From a virus: a DNA stretch of 64,000 nucleotides. The notes below the pieces were generated by a model. The model ran no database searches and was not told the DNA's origin. It saw nothing but the letters and a program-made list of their open reading frames with translations. Positions 56,096 through 64,000 of this stretch are shown here, in pieces (within the stretch, counting starts at the first letter, position 1; every line of letters starts with the position of its first letter). The position numbers were made by a program, and so were the translations under genes. The stretch is from positions 32,001-96,000 of the IMG/VR virus record IMGVR_UViG_3300027973_000032. The stretch is one strand, 5' to 3'.

Positions 56096-57069
56096 TTTTT
56101 CCATTTTTCGAGTAGCTCTTGAAAGTACTGTTTTTTGACTAAATGATCATAAATTTGTTCAGAAAAATTGAAATGAGAGTTAGGTCCCCAATGCAGTGCA
56201 TCACGAGCAATTTCATATGGAAATTTTTTTTTATAAATACCTGGATAAAATCTATCAAACTCTTTGTCAAATACTAGTGAACCTGGGATATAGTGATCTT
56301 GCAATTCGTACGGAATGGATGTATCTAGATTTAAATTTCCTTCAACGGCATTAGAAATCATATCTGAGTTGAATTCACCATTCCAAAAAGCAAATGCCCA
56401 ATTAATTTGCTCAGTCATTAAAAAATATTTCAAAAACAATAAATTTTTAAAAGCTGAGTTATAACTATCTCTATAATTAAGCATGCCTAATAATGCTGAA
56501 TGAGTTCGTTTTAGCTCAACGAATGCATCATTTGGGGGAGTATAGTTATGTATAAAATTAAAAGTTGTCATCCTATTTAAGGGTTTACAATCTAGTATTA
56601 CTTCTTTTCGCGTAACTCCTGGCATCATAAAAAAAACAAAATCAGGTTTAAAATTATTTTTAATTGTTAGATATGTGTATCTAACCATTGAATCAATTGC
56701 GTGACCTCCACGTGATACATTATATAGGTTTATTGGTTTTCCTATTTCTTTTGAAATTTGATCATTTAAAAAACTAGCCCAAATATGTTCTATTGGAAGA
56801 CCAGTTCCCTCGGTTACTGAACACCCCACGTACAATATTTTAATAGGATCATGATTGTCAAATTCAGATGATCTAAAACCTAAAGAATTAAATTTATAAA
56901 CAAATTCGTCTTTACCATAAGTTTTAATATTTTTTTTTATATTTTGAGCCCATGCTTCCTCATTGTCCGCCCCAGAAGAGTTAAAAGTTTTATTTCGAAG
57001 AGTATATTCATGATAATTCATGCCAGTATCCAGTGTATCCCATAAATTAATTACATTAAGCATACTCAT
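56092..57069 (-). CDS. SGNH-hydrolase-like protein
   Basis: YKFNSLGFRS, GCSVTEG.G, ARDALHWG. Confidence 0.65.
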   Translation of the reverse strand: MSMLNVINLWDTLDTGMNYHEYTLRNKTFNSSGADNEEAWAQNIKKNIKTYGKDEFVYKFNSLGFRSSEFDNHDPIKILYVGCSVTEGTGLPIEHIWASFLNDQISKEIGKPINLYNVSRGGHAIDSMVRYTYLTIKNNFKPDFVFFMMPGVTRKEVILDCKPLNRMTTFNFIHNYTPPNDAFVELKRTHSALLGMLNYRDSYNSAFKNLLFLKYFLMTEQINWAFAFWNGEFNSDMISNAVEGNLNLDTSIPYELQDHYIPGSLVFDKEFDRFYPGIYKKKFPYEIARDALHWGPNSHFNFSEQIYDHLVKKQYFQELLEKWKK

Positions 57070-57073
57070 TTTA

Positions 57074-58660
57074 TTAGATATTTCCTTTTTTTTCTATGGG
57101 ATTTTGGTATCCTTCTATTGGTTTAACATAGTTTTTACTACCTGGATTTGGATGAGTTGGTTTTAAAATCCATTTTTCTTGATTTGCCTTTTCTATTAAT
57201 TGTTCTAGATGACTTGATTCCAATACGCTGTCTCCACTAATTAATTTTATTAATGGAGCAATATTAGTTTCAGGAATAGAATCATACCATTCTGAAAGTT
57301 CTGGAAAAACTTTTTTAAAATCCTTACCTCTTCTTTGATCATATTGCATGAAAAAACTTTTAAAATCTCTTTGTCTAGATTCTAAACTACTAGTATGGTT
57401 ATGCCCTACATTCAATTCTCGAAGATAGGATACAAGCCTTTTGATCCCTTCATATTCCATTTGATTTATAAGTCGATTGCCTTGTAAATCTACATTTTCT
57501 TGTCCACTCCATTTAGCATCAATCCAAGTTTCTATTTTATTAGATAGTTCAACTCTTATATTTTCTGGTAATACTAATGGACTCATAAAACTAGGAAAAC
57601 GTAATATATTAAAACTCATATGACAATGATCACGCCCATATTGACGTCGAATAGACAACATTTCTTCCATGAATTCCACAATACTAAAAAGACATAGAGC
57701 ATTGATAGTCATCATGATATGTGTAGATTTACATTTTCCCTTAGAAATCATCATACGTAAATTATCTAGCCAAACAGACCAATCTAACCCGTCTCTAATA
57801 TATTCTGCTTGATTGCCAAAGCATTCATTACTGGTATATAAACGAAAATTTTTAAAACTATGTGTAGATTTGCATAATCTTTCAATAAGCTGTTGTTTGG
57901 CTCCTAAATTGCTATTAACTGCCAATCCAACATCACATTCAGGATGCTGTTCCCACCAATCTATTAATCGCCAAAAATCTTGGCTCATGGTGGCCTCGCC
58001 GCCAGTAATTCTTAATTCACGTAGGCTATGTTGTAAATCACCTTCCCACCATTTCCAAAATGCAGCTATGTATGGATTATCTAAGTTTTTGATTCCATAA
58101 GGCTGAGCCCAAGTACCATCCTGTTGATATGCCCCTCCGCCATCGCTAACTAAGTTTTGATAAAAGCCATGAGTTTTGATGTCAGTCATCCAAGTAGTGC
58201 TAAAACTAGGATTACAATAGCTACAGGCAAAATTACAATTAGCATCAAACGCTATTTCCAAAGTCTTTAAATCTACATCTAAGTTACTGCCAAAAATATT
58301 TTTAGCATCTTGTAATTCCTGCTCTGTGTAAAGTAAACTTTTATAAACACGATCACTAACCTTATCCTCGCCCAACCCCTCAATTTTCCAACAATAATCA
58401 CATTCTTCGGGTTTCTTACCTTGAAGCATTTGCTCTCTCATTAATTTTTTATATTTGGTATTATGTAATGCTTTTGGGTTATCCCTTAATTCTTCTAAAG
58501 GTATTTTATGTGAAGGTGGATGATGGCAACTAGTTGTTGTGCCACTTCCTAACCAGATAGTTGCATTATACCATTTAGCCCCACAAAAACCAGGGCCTAT
58601 AGAATTTAATACTCTATCTCTATATTCTACGTTACTTTCGTTATTTGGTTTATGCATCAT
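57074..58660 (-). CDS. Radical SAM protein with N-terminal twitch/SPASM-like Cys cluster
   Basis: FCGAKW..SCHHP..CDYCW; CNFACSYC; ITGGE. Confidence 0.88.
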   Translation of the reverse strand: MMHKPNNESNVEYRDRVLNSIGPGFCGAKWYNATIWLGSGTTTSCHHPPSHKIPLEELRDNPKALHNTKYKKLMREQMLQGKKPEECDYCWKIEGLGEDKVSDRVYKSLLYTEQELQDAKNIFGSNLDVDLKTLEIAFDANCNFACSYCNPSFSTTWMTDIKTHGFYQNLVSDGGGAYQQDGTWAQPYGIKNLDNPYIAAFWKWWEGDLQHSLRELRITGGEATMSQDFWRLIDWWEQHPECDVGLAVNSNLGAKQQLIERLCKSTHSFKNFRLYTSNECFGNQAEYIRDGLDWSVWLDNLRMMISKGKCKSTHIMMTINALCLFSIVEFMEEMLSIRRQYGRDHCHMSFNILRFPSFMSPLVLPENIRVELSNKIETWIDAKWSGQENVDLQGNRLINQMEYEGIKRLVSYLRELNVGHNHTSSLESRQRDFKSFFMQYDQRRGKDFKKVFPELSEWYDSIPETNIAPLIKLISGDSVLESSHLEQLIEKANQEKWILKPTHPNPGSKNYVKPIEGYQNPIEKKGNI

Positions 58661-58669
58661 AATTAATTC

Positions 58670-60124
58670 CTAGTAAGGTCCTTGTGTTTGCCACTTTTTA
58701 GTATACATTTTACATTTCTGATAAAAATCAGCTAATTCTGGAAAAGTTTCTTTAAAATTAGTGCCGCGGCGTCGATCATATTCTGTGATATATTCTGCAA
58801 ATTGTGCTCTTAATGGATCAATCCTAGAAGGATCAGAATGGTTTCTTATCATTTCATCCCTCACAGTATAAAATACACGCTCAATTCTATTTACTTCGTA
58901 ATCAAAGAAGCCTTTACCACAAAGTGGTGGCCAATTTAGTTGATGAAGATTTTTAAACATATGGGTAACTACGTCTTCAAGCATGGGCAAAAATTTGACA
59001 TCAGCGACCCATGGTGCTAAAAACTCAGGCCAACGAATATAAGGTACATCCAATGATACTGGATTTTTACGAATAGGTTGTTGAGTATATTGACATTTCA
59101 TATCAATGATATCATTCATCAATAATTTAAAACTGGGCAAACTAAGAATATTGTAAGCAGCCATAATTGTTAATTGACTATCAGGAATTTCAGATAATAC
59201 GCGATGACAATTTTTTAACCATTGATCATAATTTAATCCAAATCTAATATATTCAGCCTGTTTGCCGTGTGCTTCATTACTGGTATAAATTTTAAACTTT
59301 CGTATTGCTTTTTTTTCTTGAACAATTTTCATCTTATCAATAAATTTGTTCATAATCTCCAGAGGAACATCAAGATTAGTATTAATATTAAATTCTAAAT
59401 TTGGTTGAGGATTATCGATTAAATGATCCAATACTCTAAATACTTGTTTACTTAATAATGGCTCTCCACCTGTAATTCTAAAAACATGTAAATCTTTAAC
59501 AAGATCAGGCCACCATTTCCAAAAAGCTTCCATGTATGGATTGTGATGTGATACTGGAATTGGCATCGAGCCCTTTTCTTTTAAATAATCTAAACTATGC
59601 ATTGTCATATTTGTCAAATTATAAGGACCATGCTGTTCTATTTCTTGACGCCAAGTAGAAGAAAAAGTTGGTGAACAATAAGCACACTTAAAATTACATA
59701 CAGTATCAAATGATACTTCTAGATATGTAGGGTTGACGTCGAAATCCCAAGGTTTAGATTGAATTTGTTCTAGATATGGTCTAGCCCAAGGCTCAGCACT
59801 TTTTGTAATTCTGTCACTAAAAACAACATTTTCATTAATATTTGTTTGAGCATCCTCTACTCTCCAACAATAATTACATTCAACAGGTCGTTGGCCTTCC
59901 ATCATCTGTTTTCTTAATAATTTTTTATGTAAAGTGTTATGTAAAGCAGTATGATTTTCTTCTACTTCTTCTATAGGTATTTTATGTGGTGCTGGATGAT
60001 GACAACTATGCGTTAACCCTGCTCCTAGATGAAGTGTAACTTGATTCCATTTAGCTAGACAAAAACTAGGACTAGTTTTATCAAGTGATTCCTTTGTTTG
60101 TCTAAATGCTTCAAAATTATCCAT
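58670..60124 (-). CDS. Radical SAM protein, paralog of 57074-58660
   Basis: FCLAKW..SCHHP..CNYCW; CNFKCAYC; ITGGEP. Confidence 0.88.
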   Translation of the reverse strand: MDNFEAFRQTKESLDKTSPSFCLAKWNQVTLHLGAGLTHSCHHPAPHKIPIEEVEENHTALHNTLHKKLLRKQMMEGQRPVECNYCWRVEDAQTNINENVVFSDRITKSAEPWARPYLEQIQSKPWDFDVNPTYLEVSFDTVCNFKCAYCSPTFSSTWRQEIEQHGPYNLTNMTMHSLDYLKEKGSMPIPVSHHNPYMEAFWKWWPDLVKDLHVFRITGGEPLLSKQVFRVLDHLIDNPQPNLEFNINTNLDVPLEIMNKFIDKMKIVQEKKAIRKFKIYTSNEAHGKQAEYIRFGLNYDQWLKNCHRVLSEIPDSQLTIMAAYNILSLPSFKLLMNDIIDMKCQYTQQPIRKNPVSLDVPYIRWPEFLAPWVADVKFLPMLEDVVTHMFKNLHQLNWPPLCGKGFFDYEVNRIERVFYTVRDEMIRNHSDPSRIDPLRAQFAEYITEYDRRRGTNFKETFPELADFYQKCKMYTKKWQTQGPY

Positions 60125-60126
60125 TA

Positions 60127-61032
60127 TTAATCCGTTTCTATTAGATCAACTCTATTATGAGGTTGATATACTATTTTAAAAAATTTAGATTGAACACTAT
60201 CTAAAGTAGTCACACTTAAATCTAAATCATTAATTAGCTCTTTGGCATAAAAATTCAATCTTTCAACAAGATTCACTTCTTTAACTTGACTATGCCACAT
60301 GTCAGTCAAATAGTCAAAATCTCTTACATTACGATAATCCCAATCAGTTAAATTGGTCATATAACAACCTTGTCTAGCACCCATCATAGCCCATAACCCA
60401 TTATCTACATCACTGCCAATATTACACCAAATCATTAGTCTATGTAAATTTTTCCAATGTACGCCTTCTTTAACTGAAACTTTAGTTAGCTTGACTCCAC
60501 GATCTAGACTCATTTTAACACCTTCTCTAAATCCTGCTCGCCATGCTTGAAAAGCAGTAGCATTGTTATGTACATCACTATAACAATCATTCATTTGAAT
60601 ATATTGATGGTCCCAACAAAAATCAACTTGACCTACGCTATCTTTGGGATCAGCATTTTCATGTGTACGCATATTCATGACAAAGTCTATAGTCCAACAT
60701 TTTAATCCGCCATTACCATACATTAGGCCATTGATGATATTATAGCCACTCCAACTGATTACACTGTTTTCTAAATTGGGATATTTGGCTATGTCTATTT
60801 CTATGTTTAAAAAATCTGGACGAATTATATTGTCGCCATCCACTGTGGTAAATCTTGGAGTCTCGCTTAATCGAGCACAGGCTTTGTGAGCACTATCACT
60901 ACCTTTGACCCCGTGAACACGTTTGGCCCAAGGCACTTTGGTTAATAAATCTGCGTAATTTTTCTCAGCATTTGGTTCATCATAGCTAAGATATATGATA
61001 TCATAATCAAGTGGTCTGAATATTTTTGTCAT
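60127..61032 (-). CDS. GT-A-like phage protein
   Basis: SYDEPNA..N, RVHGVKG..AH, VDGDN (DxD), YGNGG, AWRAGFREG.K. Confidence 0.65.
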   Translation of the reverse strand: MTKIFRPLDYDIIYLSYDEPNAEKNYADLLTKVPWAKRVHGVKGSDSAHKACARLSETPRFTTVDGDNIIRPDFLNIEIDIAKYPNLENSVISWSGYNIINGLMYGNGGLKCWTIDFVMNMRTHENADPKDSVGQVDFCWDHQYIQMNDCYSDVHNNATAFQAWRAGFREGVKMSLDRGVKLTKVSVKEGVHWKNLHRLMIWCNIGSDVDNGLWAMMGARQGCYMTNLTDWDYRNVRDFDYLTDMWHSQVKEVNLVERLNFYAKELINDLDLSVTTLDSVQSKFFKIVYQPHNRVDLIETD

Positions 61033-61691
61033 ATTTTTGTTTTAATATATTGATATTTTTCAAATATTTTTCTTGCATATACACTAACCCTAATCTCATC
61101 TTCATCTACTCGATCAAATGGTAGTATGCAATAAAAATTATTAATTAACTCAGTCATAGGAACTTTTAATGTTTTATATAACACGTTAGGGTCATTAAAT
61201 TCTGTTAAGTAAATTTCGTAAATTTGATCAAAATATAATTTTCTATCACGTAATGATCGAGCTAAATTACCATTAATATATATTTTCCAACAAGTATCTG
61301 TATAGTCTTGTATAACAGTAATATCATTGGTAAGATCATACTCTAAAGGCACACTAGTGTCTATTATGCATGGAAATTGAAATATCACATCATGTATGCT
61401 TTGTAATATTTCTTCTTGCTCATCTAATCGAATAAATGCGTAGTCTTTGGCATCTGGACTAAAAATAACTTTATAGTTATGTATGACATCTGTGCCTTCT
61501 AGCAAGCTTTTAACTTGACTAAAAGTTACAGTAACAGATGGCAATGCTTGATCATTGGCCATATTAGATATGCCTTTTATTTCACCAGTCTCGGGTTCAT
61601 AAAAAACAAATCTAAAATCATCTTGTTTGATTTTGTCTTCGTAGGATTTTAAATCTTCCTCGGTGATGTCCCACTCTACTTGTAACAACAT
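61029..61691 (-). CDS. Hypothetical protein
   Basis: Intact ORF in the operon. Confidence 0.65.
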   Translation of the reverse strand: MLLQVEWDITEEDLKSYEDKIKQDDFRFVFYEPETGEIKGISNMANDQALPSVTVTFSQVKSLLEGTDVIHNYKVIFSPDAKDYAFIRLDEQEEILQSIHDVIFQFPCIIDTSVPLEYDLTNDITVIQDYTDTCWKIYINGNLARSLRDRKLYFDQIYEIYLTEFNDPNVLYKTLKVPMTELINNFYCILPFDRVDEDEIRVSVYARKIFEKYQYIKTKI

Positions 61692-62534
61692 TTAATTTAT
61701 TCCTGTAATTTTTTCTAATTGATTTATTATATGATCTGTTAAAAAACTATATTCTGTATAATGGAATAAGCCTTGTTGTTGATAATTGCCTATTTTAAGT
61801 TCACATTTTTTGTCAAAATATGCCCCAATGCTATCCTGCCAAGATTCAGTTGGGCTCTCCCAATTTTGAATCATGGGCTTCATATGAGTAAAAGTTATAG
61901 GTGCATTTTTATGACTAACTAGATTTTCGCAATCTAAAATTTTGGCAGCTAAACTAACAGTTACATCCATACTGGGCAATTTAGGATAATTTACATTAAC
62001 ATAACGCCCATAAAACAATTCCCAATTATTACTGATATCTTCGACCCAATTAAAATATTCTTTTGCATAATCGCTCTTTTTAAAATAAGCAGCACCAAAG
62101 TAAAAGTTTGGTAAGTTATTACTATCAAATGTTTTTCTGTAATATCTCCCAGTTATAATTTTTCCTCTGTAGTCTAATACATTACTGGTTAAAAATACGT
62201 CATAATCTTTTAAATATTCCCACCAAATATCCAAGTTAGAAAACGCCAACATGTCTGCATCCAATACAATAGTTTCGTCATATGGACTACAATGATAGAG
62301 TTTCCATCTATCTTCTGTTTTAAAAAATGTAGTTGTTTTATTTCTATCACGCCATGGGACTGGGACAATTTGATCGAATACTAAACGATATTTTTCAGGA
62401 ACTTTATTGTCAGTGACCAAACTTATGTTACTATCAGGCATATGATTTTTTATACTCAATGCTAATGCATAAGCAGATCTTGTATACTTTTTTAACTTGG
62501 CATCCTCAGCGAATATCAAAAATCCTTTAGACAT
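61692..62534 (-). CDS. GT8-like glycosyltransferase
   Basis: GFLIFA, AYALALSI, SPYDETIVLDADML, FTHMKP. Confidence 0.7.
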   Translation of the reverse strand: MSKGFLIFAEDAKLKKYTRSAYALALSIKNHMPDSNISLVTDNKVPEKYRLVFDQIVPVPWRDRNKTTTFFKTEDRWKLYHCSPYDETIVLDADMLAFSNLDIWWEYLKDYDVFLTSNVLDYRGKIITGRYYRKTFDSNNLPNFYFGAAYFKKSDYAKEYFNWVEDISNNWELFYGRYVNVNYPKLPSMDVTVSLAAKILDCENLVSHKNAPITFTHMKPMIQNWESPTESWQDSIGAYFDKKCELKIGNYQQQGLFHYTEYSFLTDHIINQLEKITGIN

Positions 62535-64000
62535 TTAGTTCCTCATTTAATATTCTGCTTATACTAAATTTATTCATTACATGCACATTAATACTCTTAG
62601 TTTTCATTAATGTATATTCACCTCGATATTTTTCTTTTTCAATTAAAAATTTCATCTCAGTATCTTCATGTTCAAGTAATATGTCTTTGTCAATGGTATA
62701 GTATAATTTTCCTGGCAGATCATGGGACCATGTGCCATTTTGATATCCATTCATGACATGTATAGCGATACTAAAAGCAAAGTCATTTCTATATAACCCT
62801 TGCTCAATTTGATAGATATATCTATAATAATTCCAGTTTTCTTGTATATGTCCTAGGTAATTAAAAAAGATTTCTGTATTTTTATTTTTTCTAAAAAAGA
62901 ACACAGTGGCCCAATAGAAGTCAATGCTTTTATCGCTTAAAGTAATTAATCTTGGGTCATACCTATAACCACTAAGATCTACTGCCTGTTTATGTATTAA
63001 AAAATCATGGGGCTGTTGCCAGCAATATTTTAATATATCGTTATTGATTAAGTAGTCGCAATCAATAACCAAAGTTTCATCAAATGGACTCAATTCAAAA
63101 CTTTTAATACGAATATCATTTTTAAATCTTAGTTTTTTATGAGTCATCGCACCATCAAAATATTGACGATATTGTGGAGCAGAATCATATACTAAAAATC
63201 TTTCTTTGGTATTTTCCCACAAATCATATCTAATTTTATCTTTAGTGTTATTATGTGCAAGATCATAATTTATTAATGATATCCATAAAACTCTTTCATG
63301 AAATAATATATCACCTTTGGTAAATTTAGTTTGCTGCGTTAATTCCTTGACATTTTCTAAAACAACGTCATATTGGTCTAGGCTAAATTTTTCTTTTTCC
63401 TCATATTCATTATGGCATCTATATAAAGTGTTTTCATACCAAACGTGTTGGCCTACCAAATAGGGTAAATTAGGATACCATTTATCAATGTCAATACCTT
63501 CATAAACTCTAATAAAATTATCCTCAATTTTATAAGTTTTTTGAATATTAGTATTGCTTGCAGATATTTTATCAATTTTACTCATCCATAAAGTACGATT
63601 AAACAGAACAATATCACCTTTAATTATTTCTTCAATGACTTCGCTATCTCGAACACGATCAATTAATGAAATATATTTGTCTTTACTAAATATTTCTCCT
63701 TCAGTATATTGTATAGCACATCTATATAACGTGTTTTCATACCAAACGTGTTGGCCTACCAAGTAAGGCAAGTTTGGGTACCATTTGTCGATGTCAATGC
63801 CTTCATAAACTGGTTCAAAGTCTTCTTGATTAAAAGTGTAAACTTCTTTCTCAGCGACTTCAACAACTTCAAGAACTTCAAGAACTTCAGGACCTTCGTT
63901 AATTTTGTGCCATATAGTACCATTATAAAAAGCCAAACTGTTTACAGGATATTGCCAGGTCGATGTCCAAGGCTGTACTTCCGCATCTTGAACAACTTTT
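62527..64000 (-). CDS. GT8-like glycosyltransferase with repeated carbohydrate-binding-like modules; 5' end outside window
   Basis: Frame is open from 63999; SPFDETLVIDCDY, RNDFAFSIA, HVMNK; repeated WxPxxxYxVGxxVWYxxxLYRC. Confidence 0.7.
   Translation of the reverse strand, partial: KVVQDAEVQPWTSTWQYPVNSLAFYNGTIWHKINEGPEVLEVLEVVEVAEKEVYTFNQEDFEPVYEGIDIDKWYPNLPYLVGQHVWYENTLYRCAIQYTEGEIFSKDKYISLIDRVRDSEVIEEIIKGDIVLFNRTLWMSKIDKISASNTNIQKTYKIEDNFIRVYEGIDIDKWYPNLPYLVGQHVWYENTLYRCHNEYEEKEKFSLDQYDVVLENVKELTQQTKFTKGDILFHERVLWISLINYDLAHNNTKDKIRYDLWENTKERFLVYDSAPQYRQYFDGAMTHKKLRFKNDIRIKSFELSPFDETLVIDCDYLINNDILKYCWQQPHDFLIHKQAVDLSGYRYDPRLITLSDKSIDFYWATVFFFRKNKNTEIFFNYLGHIQENWNYYRYIYQIEQGLYRNDFAFSIAIHVMNGYQNGTWSHDLPGKLYYTIDKDILLEHEDTEMKFLIEKEKYRGEYTLMKTKSINVHVMNKFSISRILNEELNV
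63415..63810. repeat. 93-bp intragenic direct repeat (63415-63507 and 63718-63810)
   Basis: Same 31-aa translation with 11 third-position differences. Confidence 0.9.

Noticed and set aside
63415-63810. Diversity-generating retroelement TR/VR pair
   Set aside because: The differences are all synonymous third-position changes, not adenine-specific, and no reverse transcriptase is present.
47147-64000. Bacterial capsule locus or chimeric assembly
   Set aside because: The region is contiguous and co-directional with the phage replication operon and lacks export, flippase or other host housekeeping genes. Read mapping would be needed to exclude chimerism fully.

Overview
This window is a 64-kb segment of a large tailed-phage (T4-like/jumbo) genome read in genetic code 11. 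It has no rRNA, CRISPR array or IS element. The evidence is a gp41/DnaB helicase, primase, UvsW, a probable gp62 clamp-loader subunit, a tail-fibre-like gene, a GH24 lysozyme, HNH nucleases, three tRNAs and TAAATA late-promoter-like motifs. The C4-pathway hemA suggests an alphaproteobacterial host (inference). Layout: (1) 1-8.2 kb holds virion and auxiliary genes (hemA, dps, ybaN, radical SAM, yqgE, lysozyme, hldD). (2) 8.2-21.6 kb holds small + strand genes, including three paralog expansions. (3) 20.9-22.5 kb is a repeat-rich, largely non-coding zone with a sharp C-rich to G-rich skew flip and an 18-bp-period iteron array, a candidate origin or genome-end junction. (4) 22.4-32.2 kb is a GC-richer early-type island of about 14 cassettes. 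Each cassette has a sigma70 promoter preceded by a GTTG-N8-CAAC palindrome, and most have a GGAGC Shine-Dalgarno (SD). The island also contains a twin-hairpin RNA whose identical UCGCUCC loops are complementary to that SD, plus tRNAs for AUA, UUA and AGA codons. (5) 32.3-47 kb holds an HNH nuclease, a class III cyclase and replication genes, including a 187-aa miniature DnaE. (6) 47-64 kb is an AT-rich glycan-biosynthesis cluster. All family calls come from motif recognition by eye; no searches were run.
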